Positions 57,401 through 64,000 of a stretch of 64,000 bases of DNA are shown piece after piece (position 1 is the first letter of the stretch; every line of letters begins with the position of its first letter). The notes under the pieces are model-generated. The model searched no databases and was not told the origin of the DNA. It saw only the letters and a program-made list of their open reading frames with translations. A program made the position numbers and the translations under genes. The stretch spans positions 82,832,001-82,896,000 of the forward strand of contig OX597817.1 in the NCBI GenBank assembly GCA_951406725.2, read 5' to 3'. Source of the stretch: Octopus vulgaris. Lineage: Eukaryota.

Positions 57401-58928
57401 CATTTAAACATAACAAAAGTTATATAAATTATTTATTGCTTATCTATTTGCTTCCATCATTAAGTATGTGTATATTTGCAACTGTTGATGTTTGTATTTG
57501 TGCCACTACGAGTGTGCTTGGGTATCACTTACTATTAGTAGACTGGAACTTAATTTGTTATGTTATCTCATCCAGTTACCTGGGTATCCTTGTTGCATAA
57601 ATGGATACTATTTGTTCCACCTATTGATTGTTGTTTACTTTTAGTTTAGTTTCCAACTATGTAATAATATTTTATATTTTTATACTTTTTAACTTGTATT
57701 TTTGAAAAGAAATTCACGGGGAATAGATCAAAGCCCATATGAGATTAAACAATTTAAATTTTCAAAAGAAAAATAAAGAATTGATTTCAAGGGAAAACAA
57801 GATTTCCGGTGCAATATTTGGATGGAGAATAACATGAAAAGTTTACACATATAAGAGCTTTTAAACAAAGAATGATAATCTCTTATGTTTGGTATTGAAA
57901 CATTTAACAGTGTTATGAATAATGCAATTGAGGCGGTGTTTTTTTTTTCTTTGGTTCTCTTCTTAATGCATATAAGGTCTTAAAACAGTTTTGTCAATCA
58001 ACGTTGTATATTTCTTCTGCTTGAAACTGTTCAATTGAAAAGTTATTAATAAGACATGGAATGCTATACATAGAAAATATATAGAATCAATCTTTAACTT
58101 ATTGAATATAAATTTATTTTCAACCAAAATTTAATGTTTTCAGTGAAATATGGTTACAGTTCCGGCACTCTACGTAGAAAATGAGTTGGACTACGGTAAA
58201 TAATATGGTTTTAATCGCGCCAAAGAGAGATCTGTTAGATATACGACATACTTCTCCAACAAATTAAACCCTCTTTTCTTAAAAGGATGCACATGTAATC
58301 AAATTTATAGTCTTAGATATACAAGAAGGCAGGGAGCTCACAGCAGTGACACGATCGTTCACAGATTTCCGGGATCAATCTGATATGAAACTAAGTAAAT
58401 AACATAGCATTTCAATTATTGAGTTAGTTTGATGTTGACGATGATGGTAATGATGAACAAGTAAAGTGGAGGTGATTGATAAATTGAACAAATGATTCCC
58501 TGTCATATATTGATCAGTTGGTCAATTTACAAGTGTTCATATGTTGCATAAGTGGCTGTTATCTTATGCTCAAGAAACTTTATTCCGCGTTGATATCAAA
58601 TATTAATAACTTTTAAAGTTCTTTTCAAGTATCTTCGATGGTTATTAACACTACTTTCCATAATATTTTATGGAAGTTTCCATGGTAACTAGTAAAAAAC
58701 ACATAGTACATATTGAAGGAGTTTCTGGCAGATAATTGGAAGAAATGTTTCTTGTAATAAAGTACCAAGGAATGAGGATTAACCTTTTGAAGTTCTTCCG
58801 CTATTCCGATCACAGCCAAAGTAGTGTAATTAGTTTGGTGGGTAAATTACTTGTGGAGAGAAGCTCAGCTCTAATGCAACAATTTTTAATGTTGGGCTTC
58901 TCACAAATTTGTTGCAAAAATATGATTT

Positions 58929-58959
58929 TGAATAATAATAATTTGCAATAATAATAATG

Positions 58960-59032
<73 letters not shown>

Positions 59033-59034
59033 TG

Positions 59035-59066
<32 letters not shown>

Positions 59067-59067
59067 G

Positions 59068-59144
<77 letters not shown>

Positions 59145-59322
59145 TTGCAAGGTCATGCGCTGTTTATATTGATATGAGATCAGCAAGTCGCGCACATATG
59201 GCTTTGATGCATGCGCCTTGTGTACCCTTATCACAGAGATAGTCATGATGGGTATACCTGACTTCGTATATTTTACCCCAGTGTCACTGTATTGGCATGC
59301 ACTGCTCTCTCAATCAATAATA

Positions 59323-59357
<35 letters not shown>

Positions 59358-59382
59358 AATGATGATGATGATGATGATGATG

Positions 59383-59447
<65 letters not shown>

Positions 59448-59450
59448 TTC
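58929..59450. repeat. (TAA)n/(TGA)n microsatellites with an embedded ~170-bp segment
   Basis: Direct inspection; non-microsatellite segment 59143-59315 lies between the tracts. Confidence 0.9.
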
Positions 59451-59640
59451 AAAGCCAGCAATTTTGGGAGAGTGCGTAAGCCGGTTAAATCGACCCCAGT
59501 GTTCAACTGGTGCTTATTTTGTGGACCTCGAAAGAATGAAGGGAAAAGTCGACCTTTACGGCATTTGAACTCAGAACGTAAAAACGGACGAAATGCCGCT
59601 AAATATTTTGCCCGGCGAGCTAACGATTCTACCAGCTAGA
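59447..59640 (-). mobile_element. SINE family B variant
   Basis: Same core and head as 9217 and 33050-33262. Confidence 0.8.
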
Positions 59641-60298
59641 TGCCTGGATAACAACAATAACAACAACAACAACAACAACAACACTAATAATAGTAGTGTA
59701 CTAAGCACTGGCTCAGGGCTTCTGATCTTAACTGATTAGAAGTGTTATCATGCAGATTGTTGTGTCCTGGAATAAAAGATGGGCTACAGCAAATATTCGG
59801 CTCAAATTTGCTTGTCAGTTGTTTGACCATAACCAGTTGAGCATGTCCCTTGGTGGCTGACGATATGTGCATCCCTGATCACGAGCAGAAGTAGTGGGGA
59901 GCATCATAGACATGTGTTGAAAGGAATTCTATGGGGTTTGGATAACTCACCACTGGAAACATGGGTGTTTTGCTCAACATCCTTAAACAACGCTTGGTCA
60001 GGGACCTTTTGAGCTGGATGGGCTACTGTATCTGAAGAAAATTCTAACTGGGCTCTAGCAAGTCAGATATCCTATTCTTCGGTTATCTCTTTTGTGTTTG
60101 AACGTACACTATATTCGTCTCTGAATAATATATAGTCTATTGACTATTTTTTTCTTTCTCGCTAGACCACTGGTAACTAAGAATTTTTCGATGAATATTC
60201 TTGCTACCCTAAGATTTAAAAATATATATATATTTAATATACTCATACGCGAGAGAAAATTCAATAAAAAAGTATCCATCTAGTGAGAGGTAAGTATT

Positions 60299-60511
60299 AT
60301 TTATTTAAAGGTCACAATTCATGTATTAAAGCACTATTGATAGGTTTATATGTCGAGGAAACTCAAACTTGTTTTTCAGGCGCAAACCACAAATCATAAC
60401 GTATCTTTGGTTCGTTATGACATGTGGTTTGCGCCTGAAGACTATGTTTGAGTTTTCTCCACATATGAAACTATTAGTAGCGCTTTAATACATGTATTGT
60501 GCCCTTTACTA

Positions 60512-60518
<7 letters not shown>
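60299..60518. repeat. Diverged fold-back palindrome with HHR in arms
   Basis: 60299-60401 is the reverse complement of 60413-60518. Confidence 0.85.
60431..60483 (+). ncRNA. Type I hammerhead ribozyme
   Basis: GCGC CTGAAGA cTATGT..ACATAt GAAA CTATTA GTA^ GCGC; intact core, first stem II pair mismatched. Confidence 0.7.
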
Positions 60519-60542
<24 letters not shown>

Positions 60543-60891
60543 TAATATATATATATACATATATAATATGGGTGGATTTTAGTAACTTAACAACCTAAAT
60601 GCAAAATTATAGACGTCACTAAAATGACAAAGGGTACTTATTTCAGCATAGCTAGAAATAAGAGTCAAAATAACGCAATAGCCACACATGGTACCATCTT
60701 AATGACCGACAAAGAGACAAGCTCCCTACAACAGCTGGTATAGCCAGATCAGCGATGATACAGAACCTTAATTTTCATCGTTGGCTCTTACCGTGTCTAG
60801 GGTTAAACTGGACTCACCTTGTCAGTTTATAAGATATCCGTTGAACTCATACACTGTTTACAAAAACAGTAAAAGTGATAACTACAAATAA

Positions 60892-60950
<59 letters not shown>

Positions 60951-60980
60951 GAAAGAATGGAGTCGAACGACGATTTAACA

Positions 60981-61085
60981 AAGTTCCTTTATTCTCGACA
61001 TGTGTTTCGAAGACTGCAAATTCTTAATTCCGAAGGAACAAAGGGTGTATTATGCCGCCTTCTCATCAGGAAAGACAAGGAACTT
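60981..61085 (-). ncRNA. Type I hammerhead ribozyme (mirror copy)
   Basis: Reverse complement of 61142-61246. Confidence 0.8.
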
Positions 61086-61141
61086 AGGTCAGCATCATGA
61101 CGAACAAAAACTTTTAGAAAAGTTCGTCATGATGCTGACAT

Positions 61142-61246
61142 AAGTTCCTTGTCTTTCCTGATGAGAAGGCGGCATAATGCACCCTTTGTTCCTTCGGAAT
61201 TAAGAATTTGCAGTCTTCGAAACACATGTCGAGAATAAAGGAACTT
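61142..61246 (+). ncRNA. Type I hammerhead ribozyme, intact core
   Basis: AAGTTCCTT gtc TTTC CTGATGA GAAGGC..GTCTTC GAAA CACAT GTC^ GAGA ata AAGGAACTT; predicted cleavage after 61230. Confidence 0.82.
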
Positions 61247-61392
61247 TGTTAAATCGTCGTTCGACTCCATTCTTTCATTTATTTATATAAAAAAACACAC
61301 ACAAATTTCCATACGAAAGCACGTGATTTCATTCAACTACTTATATATATATATATATATATATATACATACATACATACATACATACATAA

Positions 61393-61470
<78 letters not shown>

Positions 61471-61480
61471 GCATATATAT

Positions 61481-61776
61481 ATCTGTAAATATAATATGTG
61501 ACAATTATTCAGTAGCCATGATAAAAGTCCGAGTTTTGGATGTCGGGGCGGAAACCCACGCCGACATCTCTTCCGTTATCCGGCCATCGAAAAATTGCCA
61601 TTTTTCGATGTCCGGATAGCTGAAGTGATGGTGGCGTGGGTTTCCACCCCGACATCCGTAACTCGCAGCTTTATCATGGCTACCGAATAATTGTCGCACA
61701 TATTTACAGATTAATTCGTCTATTTACATAATATCGAGTTCTCTTTAATTCTTCTGTTGTCTTACAATTTCTATCA

Positions 61777-61777
<1 letters not shown>
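61481..61777. repeat. Fold-back (61481-61711) with degenerate HHR in both arms and 3' extension to (TA)n
   Basis: Arms are complementary around ~61597; same family as 51773 and 12293. Confidence 0.85.
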
Positions 61778-61808
<31 letters not shown>

Positions 61809-61809
61809 G

Positions 61810-62076
61810 GAGGCTAGGTTAGGGCAGCGGACTCGCGGTCGTAGGATCGCGGTTTCGATTCCCAGACCGGGCGTTGTGAGTGTTTATTGAGCGAAGACAC
61901 CTAAAAGCTCCACGAGGCTCCAGCAGGGGGTGGTGATCCCTGCCGTACTCTTTCACCACTCTTTCTTCTGTTAGCCTGCTCGCTTAGCCAGCGGGGTGGC
62001 GTCATTTGAAGGCTAAAACAATGCGGACGCATTGTGACCAGCGGTGTGTAACAACATCTGATGGTCTGGTCGGTCT
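61810..62076 (+). mobile_element. tRNA-derived SINE (head shared with 10140-10328)
   Basis: ggttagggcagcggactcgcggtcgtaggatcgcggtttcgattcccagaccgggc. Confidence 0.82.
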
Positions 62077-62121
62077 CGTGATCGTGATTTCGTGATATAT
62101 ATATATATATATATACATATA

Positions 62122-62191
<70 letters not shown>

Positions 62192-62434
62192 TTCATATAT
62201 ATATATATATATATATATCATATACGAGGGGCGTTCAATAAGTAATCGTGATCGTGATCTCGTGATATATATATATATACATATATTCATATATACTAAG
62301 TAATTAAGGGTTTAGCAACGATTTGCCTCACCACACACCGAATTTAGAAATAGCAGTCAAAGAGTTATAGCTATTCTTTCTACTAAAAGGGAGATCTCAG
62401 TAAAACCACAGCACTTGAAAGGCAAACACAGACA

Positions 62435-62470
<36 letters not shown>

Positions 62471-62510
62471 TCAGTAATGCAATACAAAGTATTGCCTTCC
62501 AGTATATGTT

Positions 62511-62579
62511 TGGCTGAAGAAGGTAAAGCAAATATGGGTGAGAGACATATCTTGCAAAACCTGAAACCTGCAGGTACCA
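62511..62579 (+). ncRNA. Type I hammerhead ribozyme, fully canonical core
   Basis: TGG CTGAAGA AGGT..GCAA.ATATG..CATAT.TTGC..ACCT GAAA CC TGCA G GTA^ CCA; palindromic stem III ACCTGCAGGT; predicted cleavage after 62576. Confidence 0.85.
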
Positions 62580-62773
62580 CATTATCCATTTTCCGGGTGT
62601 TTCATCTTACAGATGTTCTCCCTGGAGGTAAGACGGTTTTTTTTTCTCTATTTTGTTGCACACACGCATTTTTACTAATACATACGCGGTGAAGGTACAC
62701 ATTAGCGTCGTAATTTTACGTTCGCTATTTCCAGTAAATATCGGTACTTTGTTGTGCCATTTATTTACTAATT

Positions 62774-62821
<48 letters not shown>

Positions 62822-62825
62822 TATA

Positions 62826-62868
<43 letters not shown>

Positions 62869-62869
62869 A

Positions 62870-64000
62870 CTAGCAGAATTGCCCGGCGATGCTCGGGGCT
62901 GAATTACTTGAAAGTACTGTTAATGATTGCACTGAATTATGATGATTATTCAGGCAAATATTGACATAAGTTTACGGCGAATGAATGTATTTGTAAGTGT
63001 ATAGAAAGCCGTGTAAAGGGGTTCCTAACCCCTCGTAGAATGGTGTAAGAATTGAATGCGAGGTTGCCTTGAAAAGAGCCATGTTATTGTTCTCATAATT
63101 GTAAGAATTTGATAGTCGTGGAAGGCGGTGTAAAACGTTCGCAGGTGAATAGGGTATCTTCCTTTTCCACGAACGGCAGCGGATGTGCTGTTACAAAACT
63201 TCATGCTGTGTTAAAAGAGAATGGATGCCCTATGTAGGCAAGAGGGAAATGAAGCATGGGTAAGTAAATATGGGTAATTTATAAAATATAGAACAATAAC
63301 ATCTACTCACCATATGTCAGACCGGCAAGAATGTAGTGGTGCTGAATAGATGAATCACAACACAGTTGTGGAGAGGTTTTCATTGATGGGCGCTATGATT
63401 AAATTTGTTGTTGTATAAAATGATCTGTTGCTTAGTTTCCAAAGTGTATGTTGCGATCGTGTTGTCGCTTATGTAAACTTTAACAGTGAGAGTGTAGATG
63501 TAGGGTGTAGATGTGTCATGTACGTTGGATATAGAAGATGAGGCTGGTGGTTTGATGATGAATGCATAGAAATAGAGGTGAGCGAAGGACAGGTGTTGGT
63601 TAAGTGTGAATTAATGTCATGAAACGCCTAAAAATGTAAATGCCATCATAAAAGAGAGTCGTATGTAAGTGAAATACTAACGTGTTAGAAAATGATGAAA
63701 CGTAATCCTATAAAACTTCCTTGTACACAATGATTTTTTGTTTTTCGTTGTGGAACGAATGCGAAAGCATCACTGTTGCTGCCGACACGCGAGCAGGCAA
63801 CATAAAGCTGACCATGAGAGAAACATGGCTCTCCCAAATGTATTCCCGCCACAGACAGTGTTTGACCCTGCGCTTTGTTAATTGACATTGCGAAACATGG
63901 ACTTACTGGGAACTGGGACCTCCGAAATATGAAAGGTAGGTCTGTTCCTGATGGGAAAAGATGCATCCTAGGTATGAGCACAACGTTGCCTCGACCGCAC
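62870..64000 (-). mobile_element. Helitron 3' end (Pif1-type helicase C-terminus, terminal hairpin, CTAG)
   Basis: ORF 63685..63981: RRSQFPVSPCFAMSINKAQGQTL..FSHGQLYVACSRV; minus-strand end CCCGAGC atc GCCGGG caaattctg CTAG|T; element continues beyond the window. Confidence 0.92.

Larger units (their letters stand above)
60945..61282. repeat. Near-perfect fold-back, 161-bp arms, 2 mismatches, 16-nt loop
   Basis: 60945-61105 versus 61122-61282, compared base by base. Confidence 0.95.

Noticed and set aside
62077-62295. Duplicated tcgtgatcgtgat.tcgtgatata block around a mariner-like TIR stub
   Set aside because: It lies in (TA)n and cannot be told apart from slippage or assembly error; isolated TIR stubs at ~39315, 43129 and 48174 were likewise not called

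Overview
AT-rich, microsatellite-dense eukaryotic DNA made almost entirely of transposon relics. The SINE families and repeat style suggest an octopus or other coleoid cephalopod, which is an inference. I found no intact host gene, and most ORFs in the track are microsatellite artefacts. Recognisable elements are two decayed CR1-group LINE copies, two different Penelope-like (PLE) RT/GIY-YIG relics, a HERO-like RLE 3' end, mariner and DD37D-type transposase relics, a hAT fragment, a MITE with an 8-bp TSD, the 3' end of a Helitron and three tRNA-derived SINE families. The most striking signal is a swarm of about a dozen type I hammerhead ribozyme (HHR) motifs from several apparently unrelated short families. 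Most have a palindromic stem III and often an unusually long stem II. They occur as 350-490 nt partial tandem units (retrozyme/pLTR-like) or as long fold-back palindromes with an HHR in each arm, and their 3' ends usually abut (TA)n tracts. All structures and coordinates were derived by eye and nothing was computed.
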